NCBI GenBank assembly: GCA_030621215.1
Contig: JAUXIC010000001.1
Coordinates: 3,423 to 67,422, forward strand
Reading direction: 5' to 3'
Source of the DNA: Caldisericota bacterium
Lineage (GTDB): Bacteria; Caldisericota; Caldisericia; Caldisericales; Caldisericaceae
Length of the DNA stretch: 64,000 bases
Both the position numbers and the translations under genes were made by a program. The notes beneath the pieces were generated by a model. It did no database searches. It was not told the DNA's origin and was given only the letters and a program-made list of their open reading frames with translations. Shown piece by piece: positions 18,833 through 28,146 of this stretch (its first letter is position 1; each line of letters opens with the position of its first letter).

Positions 18833-20082
18833 AAGAACAAGATAAAGCTGTCTTAGTTGAAATTGTAGAGCCAGGTAAAAAAGAAGTTTCTTTAGATTCA
18901 TTTGAAGAATTTAGAGAGCTTGTCCAGACGTTAAATCTTGAAATTGTTGCAGAGACAACACAAATGATAAAGCAGCCAAATTATGCATTTTTTATTGGGA
19001 AGGGCAAACTGAATGAGATTAAGCAAATTGTGAAACTGCTTGAACCTAAATATGTTTTTATCAATGCTGCACTTACATATCTTCAGCTTAAGAATATTTC
19101 TACAGAGATTGGCGTTCCCTGTATAGACAGGCCTCATCTTATTCTTATGATATTTGGCATGAGAGCCAAAACAAGGGAAGGGAAGCTGCAAATAGAACTT
19201 TCTGAATTAAAAATGCATCTTCCCGATATTGTACACAGCGAGAAATTTCTTGATCAGCAGGTGGGTTCAGAGATTGGGTTAAAAGGGCCTGGAGAAAAAA
19301 AGATAGAGGTCAGGCGGAGATTTGTTGAACGGCGGATTAAAGTTTTAGAAAAGAAGCTATTAACTATTGGGAAGCAGAGGGAGCTAAGAAGGAAAAGGAG
19401 AAGGAAAAGCAACATTCCGATAATTGGTATTGTAGGATACACAAACGGTGGTAAATCTACGCTTTTAAATAGAATTACGCCATCTGATGCGTACGTTGAA
19501 AATATGCTTTTTTCAACCCTTGATACTCTTGTAAGAAAGGGCAGCTTAAATGATGACACAGAAGCATTATTTGTGGACACAATTGGGTTCATAAGGGATT
19601 TTCCGCATCCTTTGATATACGCCTTCCATTCTACTCTTGAAGAGGTTTTAGATGCATGGATTATTTTGCACGTTGTGGATGTGTCTGTAGTAGATTTTAG
19701 AGAAAAAATTGATTCTGTGGAAAAAACTTTGCTGGAGTTAAAGGCTTCATATATTCCGCGAATACTTGTTTTTAATAAAGTTGATAAAATTTCGGATGAG
19801 AAACTTCTGCAATATAAAAACTTATTTAAAGAGGCTGTTTTTATTTCTGCACTGAACGGGGAAGGAATAGACAATCTCAGGGATAGAATTAGAAAAGAAA
19901 TTTCACTGCTGTTTATAAGGCATACTATACTTGTTCCTTATACAGAGCAAAACATTCTTGCGATGGCTTATAAGGAAACGAGGGTGTTGGAGCGGAGAGA
20001 TAGCGAAAACGGGGTTTACCTCACTATCGAGGGATTCAAAGGAAATGTGGAAAAATTTAAGCAGTTTTTTGTATTTCCTTGA
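18829..20082 (+). CDS. hflX: GTPase HflX
   Basis: HflX N-domain, then G-domain GYTNGGKSTL, DTIGF and NKVD. The tracked start 18745 lies inside the preceding membrane gene. In-frame TTG 18829 overlaps that gene's TGA stop (TTGA). Confidence 0.85.
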   Translation: MKEQDKAVLVEIVEPGKKEVSLDSFEEFRELVQTLNLEIVAETTQMIKQPNYAFFIGKGKLNEIKQIVKLLEPKYVFINAALTYLQLKNISTEIGVPCIDRPHLILMIFGMRAKTREGKLQIELSELKMHLPDIVHSEKFLDQQVGSEIGLKGPGEKKIEVRRRFVERRIKVLEKKLLTIGKQRELRRKRRRKSNIPIIGIVGYTNGGKSTLLNRITPSDAYVENMLFSTLDTLVRKGSLNDDTEALFVDTIGFIRDFPHPLIYAFHSTLEEVLDAWIILHVVDVSVVDFREKIDSVEKTLLELKASYIPRILVFNKVDKISDEKLLQYKNLFKEAVFISALNGEGIDNLRDRIRKEISLLFIRHTILVPYTEQNILAMAYKETRVLERRDSENGVYLTIEGFKGNVEKFKQFFVFP

Positions 20083-20113
20083 AAATCTTTTTTTTATGTA
20101 TAAAATTTAGTTT

Positions 20114-20827
20114 ATGAACGGTGTAAATTACGTAGATGTGGTAATATTTATCCTTCTTCTTATTGCCGTTGTCCAGGGAATAAGAAAGGGTATTGTAATT
20201 CCTGTTTTTGATATTGTAGGGCTTGTTGCAGGATGGTTTATTGCAAAAGGCAATGCTTTTATGTTTGGTATTTATCTGGATAGCCGATTCAATATGGGTT
20301 CATATTTTTATGATAAAGTATTTAACCTACTCAAGCTTCCGCCAGAAGTAGGTAGTTTGCCTGCGGATAATACAACTATTCTCAATGCTGTTAAAGCACT
20401 GCATTTCCCTGCCTTTTTACAGAATCTTTTTTTTGAAGGCACAATTCCCTCCGGATTGACAGTACAGCAGTTTTTGGCAGGCAGGATTTCCCAGAGCATT
20501 GTTACAGGCATTGCTTTTCTTATTATTCTGCTTGGGGTATTCATACTATTTAGGATAGCAGGAATAATTGTCAGGAGAATAATCAGAGTGAGTCCTTTTT
20601 TAAAATGGTTTGATTCATTTTTTGGAGCTTTGCTGAAATTTGTTTTTATATATGCGATTATATTCATTATTATGCAGGTAGTTCTTTCTGCCTTTGGTTA
20701 TCTGCATCTTACAGAGAGTGCATTTATCTATCAAATAGAAACATCAAAATTTTATACAATTGGTGTAAAGATTTTCCCAATAATAAAAGAAAAGATCATT
20801 CTTCTTATTGTTTCTGCTGGTCAATAA
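20114..20827 (+). CDS. CvpA-family membrane protein
   Basis: 237 aa multi-TM protein. N-terminus VDVVIFILLLIAVVQGIRKGIV is typical of the colicin V production (CvpA) family. Confidence 0.65.
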   Translation: MNGVNYVDVVIFILLLIAVVQGIRKGIVIPVFDIVGLVAGWFIAKGNAFMFGIYLDSRFNMGSYFYDKVFNLLKLPPEVGSLPADNTTILNAVKALHFPAFLQNLFFEGTIPSGLTVQQFLAGRISQSIVTGIAFLIILLGVFILFRIAGIIVRRIIRVSPFLKWFDSFFGALLKFVFIYAIIFIIMQVVLSAFGYLHLTESAFIYQIETSKFYTIGVKIFPIIKEKIILLIVSAGQ

Positions 20828-20833
20828 TTTTTT

Positions 20834-21862
20834 ATGAAGATAGAAGATTTTAATTATAATTTGCCAGAGAATCTTATTGCACAGCACCCCATATACCCAA
20901 GAGATTATGCAAAACTCATGGTACTGGACAGGAGAGACAAAAGCATTTGTCACCGCCGGTTTTATGACATTATTCAATATCTCAACAAAGACGATGTGCT
21001 TGTTCTTAACGATACAAGAGTGATACGGGCGCGAGTGAAAGGACTGAAGGAAGGAACAAAAGGAAAAAGGGAAGTTTTTCTTTTAAATTATTTAGGTGAT
21101 TATCGGTGGAAAGCTCTTGTCAGTCCTGCAAAGCGGACGCATAAAGGTGATAAAATCCTTATGGATAAAGGCAGCAGGATATACGTTGAGATAGAAGAGA
21201 GAGGTATGAACGGAGAAAATGTCGTACGGTTTGAAGCATCAGGGTTGTCAATGGAGGAGATTTTGAAAATCGCAGGCAATATACCTCTTCCTCCGTATAT
21301 AAAAGGAAAAATTGTAAACGAAGAAGAATATCAAACTGTTTTTTCAGAAAAAGATGGAGCAGTTGCAGCGCCTACTGCGGGGTTGCATTTTACGGAAGAT
21401 CTTTTAGAGAAGGTAAAAGAAAAAGGCGTAAAGGTTGTATACATCACTCTGCATGTAGGCCTGGGTACATTCAGGCCTGTGAAAGAGGAAATTGAAAAGC
21501 ATAAAATGCACGGGGAAGAATTTTTCATTTCTGAAGAAACGGCACAAATTATTAATGAATCAAAGATGGCAGGAGGAAAGGTGTTTGCGTGTGGGACAAC
21601 GGCAGTGAGATCGCTGGAAACAGCTGCTACCTTTCAGGGAGTTTTGAAACCAATAAAAGGTAAAACGCGGTTGTTTATAAAACCAGGGTATCCTTTTAAA
21701 GTTGTCGATGCAATTATAACGAATTTTCATTTTCCCCGCACAACGCTTCTTATGCTTGTCGCTGCATTTGCTGGGAGAGATTTTATTCTTGATGCGTACA
21801 ATGTTGCCGTGAAAGAATGTTATAGATTTTATAGTTTTGGTGACGCAATGCTCATTATATAG
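20834..21862 (+). CDS. queA: S-adenosylmethionine:tRNA ribosyltransferase-isomerase
   Basis: 342 aa with FNYNLPENLIAQHP, PTAGLHFT and the C-terminus YRFYSFGDAMLI. Confidence 0.95.
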   Translation: MKIEDFNYNLPENLIAQHPIYPRDYAKLMVLDRRDKSICHRRFYDIIQYLNKDDVLVLNDTRVIRARVKGLKEGTKGKREVFLLNYLGDYRWKALVSPAKRTHKGDKILMDKGSRIYVEIEERGMNGENVVRFEASGLSMEEILKIAGNIPLPPYIKGKIVNEEEYQTVFSEKDGAVAAPTAGLHFTEDLLEKVKEKGVKVVYITLHVGLGTFRPVKEEIEKHKMHGEEFFISEETAQIINESKMAGGKVFACGTTAVRSLETAATFQGVLKPIKGKTRLFIKPGYPFKVVDAIITNFHFPRTTLLMLVAAFAGRDFILDAYNVAVKECYRFYSFGDAMLII

Positions 21863-21874
21863 GAGAAGATAAAA

Positions 21875-22999
21875 ATGGAAGATATTAAATTTAAGATTGT
21901 TAAAAAAAGCAGTGGATCGAGAGCACGCATAACAAATTTTGAGACGGTGCATTCTATCATTGAGACCCCTGTTTTTATGCCTGTTGGAACGCAGGCAACC
22001 GTTAAAACTCTTACTTCAGATGAAATTGATGAGATGGGGTTTAAAATTATTCTTGGCAATACATATCATCTTTACTTGCAGCCTGGCGCAGATGTAATAG
22101 AAAAGGCAGGTGGATTGCATAAATTTATGAATTGGAAACATGCAACACTTACGGATAGCGGAGGATTTCAGGTATTATCGCTAAAAGAGATAAGAAAGAT
22201 TGAAAAGGATGGTGTAATGTTCCGTTCATTTATTGATGGTTCAAAGCATTATTTCACTCCAGAAAAGGTTGTCGATATTGAAGAAAAGATCGGGGCAGAT
22301 ATTATCATTCCTCTTGATATATGCGGAACATATCCATCAAGCCGGAGTCTGGCCGACAGGGAGCTTGATATTACACTTGATTGGTCCGAAAGGAGTTTGA
22401 AAGCAAAAACCAGGGATGATCAAATTATGTTTGGTGTTATCCAGGGTAGTTTTTATAAAGATTTGAGAAAAAAAGCAGTAGATGGTATTTTGTCTTTAGA
22501 TTTTCCGGGAGTAACGCTTGGGGGCTTAAGTGTAGGCGAAGAGAAAGAACTCACAAAAGAAATGGTTGATTATACTGTTTCGATTTTACCTGAGGGCAAG
22601 CCGCGGTATCTTATGGGTGTGGGTGACCCCATTGGTATTCTCGAACATGTGAAACTCGGAGTGGACATGTTTGATTGTGTTCTTCCTACGCGTATTGCTC
22701 GTAATCGTACTATTTTTACAAAAGACGGAGCTATAAAAATAACAAAAGCAATTTACAGGGAAGATTTTACTCCAATAGAGGAAGATTGTGATTGCTATAC
22801 TTGCAGGACATTTACAAAAGCATATTTAAATCACCTGTTTAAAGCAAGAGAATTTCTTGCAGGAAGACTGGCTACAATTCACAATCTTTTTTTTCTTCAA
22901 AAATTAATCATGGATATAAGAAAGTCTGTCGAGGATGATAATTTCCTTGAATTCTACGAGAGTTTCAAAAAAAGATACCAGCAGGCGAATTATAAATAA
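21875..22999 (+). CDS. tgt: Queuine tRNA-ribosyltransferase
   Basis: 374 aa with TPVFMPVGT, LTDSGGFQ, GLSVGE and zinc site CDCYTC..H. Confidence 0.95.
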   Translation: MEDIKFKIVKKSSGSRARITNFETVHSIIETPVFMPVGTQATVKTLTSDEIDEMGFKIILGNTYHLYLQPGADVIEKAGGLHKFMNWKHATLTDSGGFQVLSLKEIRKIEKDGVMFRSFIDGSKHYFTPEKVVDIEEKIGADIIIPLDICGTYPSSRSLADRELDITLDWSERSLKAKTRDDQIMFGVIQGSFYKDLRKKAVDGILSLDFPGVTLGGLSVGEEKELTKEMVDYTVSILPEGKPRYLMGVGDPIGILEHVKLGVDMFDCVLPTRIARNRTIFTKDGAIKITKAIYREDFTPIEEDCDCYTCRTFTKAYLNHLFKAREFLAGRLATIHNLFFLQKLIMDIRKSVEDDNFLEFYESFKKRYQQANYK

Positions 23000-23029
23000 C
23001 TAAATACATTTTGCTTCCACTTGTTATAT

Positions 23030-23057
23030 TTGAAAATGTGTAAAATTTCAGTATAAT
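23030..23057 (+). promoter_or_regulatory. Putative sigma70-type promoter for the GH57 gene
   Basis: TTGAAA, 16-nt spacer, TATAAT, about 37 nt upstream of the ATG. SD aaggag precedes the start. Confidence 0.45.
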
Positions 23058-23094
23058 TTAATAATTACAATAAAAAAGAATTAAGGAGAAGAAT

Positions 23095-26000
23095 ATGCGA
23101 AAGACTAGGAAGGCGGTAGCATGTTTGATTGTTTTTGCTTTTTTATTTTCTCTGTTTTCTTTCTCGGGGTGTAAATCGAAAGAAAAACCGCTAAATGTTA
23201 TCATTATGTGGCATAATCACCAGCCGTTTTATAAAAATCCTGTTTCCCAGGAATATATTCTTCCATGGGTAAGATTACACGGCGCAAAAGATTATTACAG
23301 GATGCCTTATATTGTTTCACAGTATCCTGAGATTAAAGTTTCTTTTGACTTGTCAGGCACACTAATTGAGCAGATTACTGATTATATTAATGGCGCAAAC
23401 GATGAAAGAGGAATAATTTCAGAAAAGCTTATAGATGAATTGTCGCAACAGGACAAGTGGGAAATGCTTCAGATACCCGGAGGTTTTTTTGACATTAACT
23501 GGGATCATGTTCTTAAAAAAGTTCCGATGTACGACGATATTCTCGCAAAAAGACAGGATGTATTTAAACAATTTGGAGAGCTTCCAGAATCAATACGCAT
23601 TGAAAAAATTACTTCGTCTTTATCTGATCAGTATTATACGAATCTTATAGCTCTTTTTAATCTTTTCTGGATGGATAGTGAGTATGTAAAAAACAGCGAA
23701 ACGCTGAAATTGTTTTATGACAAGGCATTCAGTGGAGTAGATTATACTTCTTCTGATATTGCAGCGATTATGAATGAGCAAAAAGAAATCATGAAAAATA
23801 TTTTCCCTGAGTATAAAAGGCTTCTCGATAAAAAACAGATTGAACTTGTTACAACGCCATATGCACATCCTATTTCTGCTTTACTCGCTGACTTTGGCTG
23901 GACGCATGATCTGTCTCTTCAGATAGATAAGGCGAATAAAGTTTTTAGGGAGACGTTCGACGCTGATCCTAAAGGTGTATGGGCGCCAGAGTGTGCCATT
24001 AATGATAAATCCCTTGAATTTTTCAGCAAAGCAGGGTGGGAGTGGACTATTTCGGATTCAGATAATTTATTTCAGCTTGAAGTTGATGTAGAAAAAGAGC
24101 CTCTTGCAAAGTTCAGACCGTATGAAGTGGAAGGGGTTACTATATTTTTTAGGGATAAATATTTGTCTGATGGCATAGGATTCAGGTATTCGGGTAAAAG
24201 TGCAGAGGAAGCTGTAGATGATTTTGAAACTGCTCTGTTAAATGTGCAGAAGGAAAATAAATCAGGCGAGTTAGTATACACTATTGCGCTGGACGGTGAA
24301 AATGCATGGGAGTATTACGAAAATGATGGGAATGATTTTTTAAATGGTTTGTATGAAAGACTATCGGAATTGCAAAAAAATGGCAAAATAAGAACTGTCA
24401 CTCCTACTGAATATATAGAGAAGTTTGGTAAAGGCAAAGAAGTTGTTAAACACACAGTGAATGTGTTAAATCTGCGAGATGAAGATATTTCTTCGTTTAA
24501 ACGTTATTCAGAATTACCCAGCGAAGAAATTCCCGGTGCATTCGGAGAATCGAGCTGGGCGAACCCGACACTTGATACATGGATAGGCGAACAGCAAGAA
24601 AATATTGCCTGGATGTGGTTAAAAGATGCAAGAGATGCGTTGATGGTAACAAGTGCAATAAGCGAGGAAGAAAAAGATAATGCTCTTGAAAATTTGCTAA
24701 GAGCTGAGGGCAGTGACTGGTTTTGGTGGTATGGTTCAGATCAGGATTCTGGTAACGATCAATCTTTTGACAGATTGTTTAAGATGTATCTGTATAAAAT
24801 TTATCAAATTATAAATGTAACCCCGCCTGAGTATCTTTTTGGCAATTACTTTCCAGATGGTACACCATACCGTAGTATTCTGGCAAATCTTGAAAAAGAT
24901 AAATATGTGTCTGTCCCTACTGAGCAGGAAGATGTGAGCATAAAACTCTTATATGACGGCGATGGCATAAAGGCTGAAATATATCAAAACAATCCGCTTG
25001 TTGTAATGGGAATATTTAGCGGAGGAAACGTGGAAACACCGTTTTTCCTGACTGAGGAGAGGCCTGAAGATTTTAATATGAATCCATTCCCCTATGACGC
25101 TTCAAACGCAGGAATTCCTTTAGACAACACTGTTTATGTGTCATATAAAAAATTTGTTACCAATCCGTCTGTGTTGTATATAGGAGGAGATCAGCTAAGG
25201 GACAAAAACAATATATTTATTGCGTTCATTGGGGGAGAGATGGGAAACATTGAAAGCGCAGAAAGTGGTATGTTTGTTATTAAATCACCTTCTCTTTATA
25301 CGTTGCCAATCCATGTGAAGATTCCTCTTGAGATTAAGGGCGAGACAGTAGGAGAACTGCTTGACGATGAAGGTGATGATTACGGTCCCGGGACATATAT
25401 ATATCCTCATGCAGATGTATTTAAACAGGCAGGTAAGAGATTATTTGACATTACATCTTTTAAAATGATTGATTCTAATGATGATTATATACTTCAGTAT
25501 GGGGTGAATAATTTAGGGGGTAATCCCTGGAATGGGCCAAATGGAATTTCTCTTCAAATTCTTGAAACGTACATTGATTTTAAGGACGGCGGAAAAGTGG
25601 AAGCCATTGATCCTAAAGGCCCTGTTGTAGCATTTTCCGATGAACATCCCTGGGATATTGCATTAAGAATTGCTGGCTGGTCTTATGGGAATTTTATTGA
25701 ACTTGCTGACGGAACGGTAGCACAGGGAGAGTTGTCAATCCAGGTTGATCAGAAGAAAAATCTTATTACGGTGTCTCTTCCTAAAAAATATATCCAGATT
25801 TCAGAGGATTATAAGCCATACATCGCAGTTATTTCTGGAAGCCAGGATGGTTATGCTCCAGGCTATTTTAGAAGAGTAGAGGCAACAGCTTCTGAGTGGC
25901 AGGGTGGTGGTGCAGATGTTAATGCGGCAGGTGCGGGAATTTCGCCAAACGTATATGATATATTTGTTCCTTTAGGCGGAAGCCAGAAGGAAATTTTATC

Positions 26001-26874
26001 CGGTTTTGATGTAGAACGCGAGGCACTTGCTGTAATACCGTTTCTTCCGCTGGAAAAGATAAAGCCTGTGCCAAAACTGACATCCGTTATTTCTACTAAT
26101 GCCCGGCATATTATAGAGCCTGGTGATGAAATTGCTGTACATATTCTGTTGAAAAATATTGGAAAGGGGATACAAAAAGATGATCCCATGGCTGATGAAT
26201 TTGTGTTTAATATTCCTGAAGATGTGATTTTAATTAGTGAAAGTATCAGCACAGAAAGCGGAGATGTAGGAGTAGAGAATGGTGTGCTTCGATGGAATGG
26301 CACTATCGATCCGGAAAGAGCTGTTGGTATTGATTTTGCGTTGAAACTTAGCAGTGATATTTCTAACGGCTGTGCAGTACCTCTGGCTGGTTATATTTTT
26401 GAGGATTCAGATGGAGACGGGAAGAATGACCAGAAAATAACTGTGGAAGAAAAACTCGTTACCAACTATTTGGTTACTCTTATTATACATCTTGGAGAGG
26501 ATACTTTTACAAGAAATGGAGAAGAACTTCCAATAGATCCTTTAAAACAATTAAAAGCTGAATATATAGCAGAATGGGAAGATGCAGGTGCTCCTCTGGC
26601 TCAAATTATCAGCGCCATTGGAGGCATATACCAGTTTGATCCTGACAAGAACAAGATCACTATAGAATTTATGGGGAATAAATTTGAACACTGGGTGGGG
26701 CAGAATAAATCATTATTGAACGGCTCTGCAATTCCTCTTTATCCTGGTTCTCCTGATGTAAAAAGTTTTCTTCTTAAAAGTACACCAATTTTACCATTAA
26801 AATCAATTGCATATGCATTTCGATTAGATTATACTGTTGATAAATTTGTCGCTCAGTTGCAATATGAGCCTTGA
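23095..26874 (+). CDS. Large surface lipoprotein: GH57 alpha-glucan hydrolase (amylopullulanase-like), glucodextranase-C-like domain, copper-amine-oxidase-N-like C-terminal domain
   Basis: 1259 aa with lipobox LFSFSGC. GH57 conserved regions: WHNHQP, IELVTTPYAHP, WAPECAI, LDGENAWEY and EGSDWFWWYG. The mid-region GDDYGPGTYIYP..ISLQILETYIDF resembles the glucodextranase C-terminal module. Confidence 0.85.
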   Translation: MRKTRKAVACLIVFAFLFSLFSFSGCKSKEKPLNVIIMWHNHQPFYKNPVSQEYILPWVRLHGAKDYYRMPYIVSQYPEIKVSFDLSGTLIEQITDYINGANDERGIISEKLIDELSQQDKWEMLQIPGGFFDINWDHVLKKVPMYDDILAKRQDVFKQFGELPESIRIEKITSSLSDQYYTNLIALFNLFWMDSEYVKNSETLKLFYDKAFSGVDYTSSDIAAIMNEQKEIMKNIFPEYKRLLDKKQIELVTTPYAHPISALLADFGWTHDLSLQIDKANKVFRETFDADPKGVWAPECAINDKSLEFFSKAGWEWTISDSDNLFQLEVDVEKEPLAKFRPYEVEGVTIFFRDKYLSDGIGFRYSGKSAEEAVDDFETALLNVQKENKSGELVYTIALDGENAWEYYENDGNDFLNGLYERLSELQKNGKIRTVTPTEYIEKFGKGKEVVKHTVNVLNLRDEDISSFKRYSELPSEEIPGAFGESSWANPTLDTWIGEQQENIAWMWLKDARDALMVTSAISEEEKDNALENLLRAEGSDWFWWYGSDQDSGNDQSFDRLFKMYLYKIYQIINVTPPEYLFGNYFPDGTPYRSILANLEKDKYVSVPTEQEDVSIKLLYDGDGIKAEIYQNNPLVVMGIFSGGNVETPFFLTEERPEDFNMNPFPYDASNAGIPLDNTVYVSYKKFVTNPSVLYIGGDQLRDKNNIFIAFIGGEMGNIESAESGMFVIKSPSLYTLPIHVKIPLEIKGETVGELLDDEGDDYGPGTYIYPHADVFKQAGKRLFDITSFKMIDSNDDYILQYGVNNLGGNPWNGPNGISLQILETYIDFKDGGKVEAIDPKGPVVAFSDEHPWDIALRIAGWSYGNFIELADGTVAQGELSIQVDQKKNLITVSLPKKYIQISEDYKPYIAVISGSQDGYAPGYFRRVEATASEWQGGGADVNAAGAGISPNVYDIFVPLGGSQKEILSGFDVEREALAVIPFLPLEKIKPVPKLTSVISTNARHIIEPGDEIAVHILLKNIGKGIQKDDPMADEFVFNIPEDVILISESISTESGDVGVENGVLRWNGTIDPERAVGIDFALKLSSDISNGCAVPLAGYIFEDSDGDGKNDQKITVEEKLVTNYLVTLIIHLGEDTFTRNGEELPIDPLKQLKAEYIAEWEDAGAPLAQIISAIGGIYQFDPDKNKITIEFMGNKFEHWVGQNKSLLNGSAIPLYPGSPDVKSFLLKSTPILPLKSIAYAFRLDYTVDKFVAQLQYEP

Positions 26875-26898
26875 TGAAAATAAACGGGGAGGTCGAAA

Positions 26899-28071
26899 AT
26901 GAAAGGTAAGAACCAGAGAAGCTTAAAAGAGGAAAATACATCAGTAGTTTTAAAGCTTGTTCGTGATCATCCAGGGATATCACGGGCAGATATAGTGCGC
27001 ATTACAAAGCTAACTCCTCCTACTATTTCCCGGCTCATTTCTTTTTTAATTGATAATAATTTGATGGATGAAAAAAAAAGCGAGAGCGATAAGATAGGAA
27101 GAAAGCCAATAGGCCTTTATTTTAACAAAGATGCATTTTATATAGTGGGAATTGATTTTTCTTATCTGCATATTAAAGGCGCTATGTTTAATCTTGTGGG
27201 AGAAATTATAGAGGAGGTATCTATTTCAGTGGATAGTGCTTCATTTTCTAAAAAAGATATGGGTAAGATTAGCAAAATGATATCTTCATTTATTAGCCGT
27301 TTTGGAAAGGATAAGATATTAGGAATAGGGCTTTCTTCTCCAGGAATGATTGATGACAAGCAGGGAATAATTATCAGAATTCCTCATTTTCCGAAAGTAA
27401 AAAATCTTCCCGTAAGAGAAATTTTAGTTAAGGAGTTCGGACTTTGTACGATTATTGTTAATGATGCAAATGCAGAGGCAGTAGGGGAAAAATATTTTGG
27501 AGAAGGTAAAAATATATCCGATTTTGTATTGCTTCATTTAGGTTACGGTATTGGTCTGGGAATTATTTTGGAAAATAAGCTGTATACAGGAAATTTTGGT
27601 GTCTCCGGAGAGATAGGGCATACTTCTATCGATCGGAGGACAGGAAATCTATGTGATTGCGGAAACAAGGGATGTGTAGAATTGTATGTAGGTTTGGAGG
27701 GGATTTTTTCTGATATTTCCAAATTTTGTGGGAAAAAAGTTTCTCTTCAGCAGCTTAAAAAACTTGTGAGCAGCAGAGATAAAAAAGTCCTTGCTGTATT
27801 AGAAGAAAAAGCTGAACTTATAGGGTATGTATTGGTCAATGTGGTAAATCTTCTTGTTCCACAGAAAATTATTGTTTCTGGCCCTGTTGCATCGCTGGGC
27901 AAGGCAGTTATTGATCCAATAAAAAATGTAGTTGAAGAGCGTTCATTTTACGGGGTAGGAAAAAGAATTCCTATTGTAAATTCACGGTTAAAGGGAAATA
28001 ATTGTCTTTTGGGTGCTACAACGATGATTCTTGAAAGATTTTTGGAAAAACCATACGAATTTCTTCTATAG
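26899..28071 (+). CDS. ROK-family transcriptional regulator
   Basis: 390 aa with an N-terminal winged HTH (ISRADIVRITKLTPPTISR), ROK sugar-kinase fold and zinc motif GHTSID....CDCGNKGC. Confidence 0.85.
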   Translation: MKGKNQRSLKEENTSVVLKLVRDHPGISRADIVRITKLTPPTISRLISFLIDNNLMDEKKSESDKIGRKPIGLYFNKDAFYIVGIDFSYLHIKGAMFNLVGEIIEEVSISVDSASFSKKDMGKISKMISSFISRFGKDKILGIGLSSPGMIDDKQGIIIRIPHFPKVKNLPVREILVKEFGLCTIIVNDANAEAVGEKYFGEGKNISDFVLLHLGYGIGLGIILENKLYTGNFGVSGEIGHTSIDRRTGNLCDCGNKGCVELYVGLEGIFSDISKFCGKKVSLQQLKKLVSSRDKKVLAVLEEKAELIGYVLVNVVNLLVPQKIIVSGPVASLGKAVIDPIKNVVEERSFYGVGKRIPIVNSRLKGNNCLLGATTMILERFLEKPYEFLL

Positions 28072-28083
28072 TTCTCCTTGTAT

Positions 28084-28138
28084 AGGCAGGCCTGTAGGGT
28101 GGTCAAAAGGTGGTCATTCTACTGCCTGCCTCTTTTTT
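28084..28138 (+). terminator. Probable intrinsic terminator between convergent ROK and aspS genes
   Basis: Stem aggcaggc(ct)gtag ... ctac(t)gcctgcct followed by cTTTTTT. The loop contains a direct repeat of ggtggtca. Confidence 0.5.
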
Positions 28139-28146
28139 ATTTTAAT

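Noticed and set aside
19254-19874. Long antisense ORFs inside real genes. Examples: 206 aa opposite hflX (19254..19874), 212 aa opposite the EF-G paralog (57221..57859), 146 aa opposite the GH57 gene (25863..26303), 130 aa opposite the GT2 gene (48755..49147), 139 aa opposite moaA/moaC (51341..51760).
   Set aside because: They are Ser/Phe/Leu/Ile-rich with no recognisable motifs and no SD. Their length is explained by the stop-poor reverse complement of Lys/Glu-rich (AAR/GAR) coding sequence in an AT-rich genome. The sense-strand genes are unambiguous.
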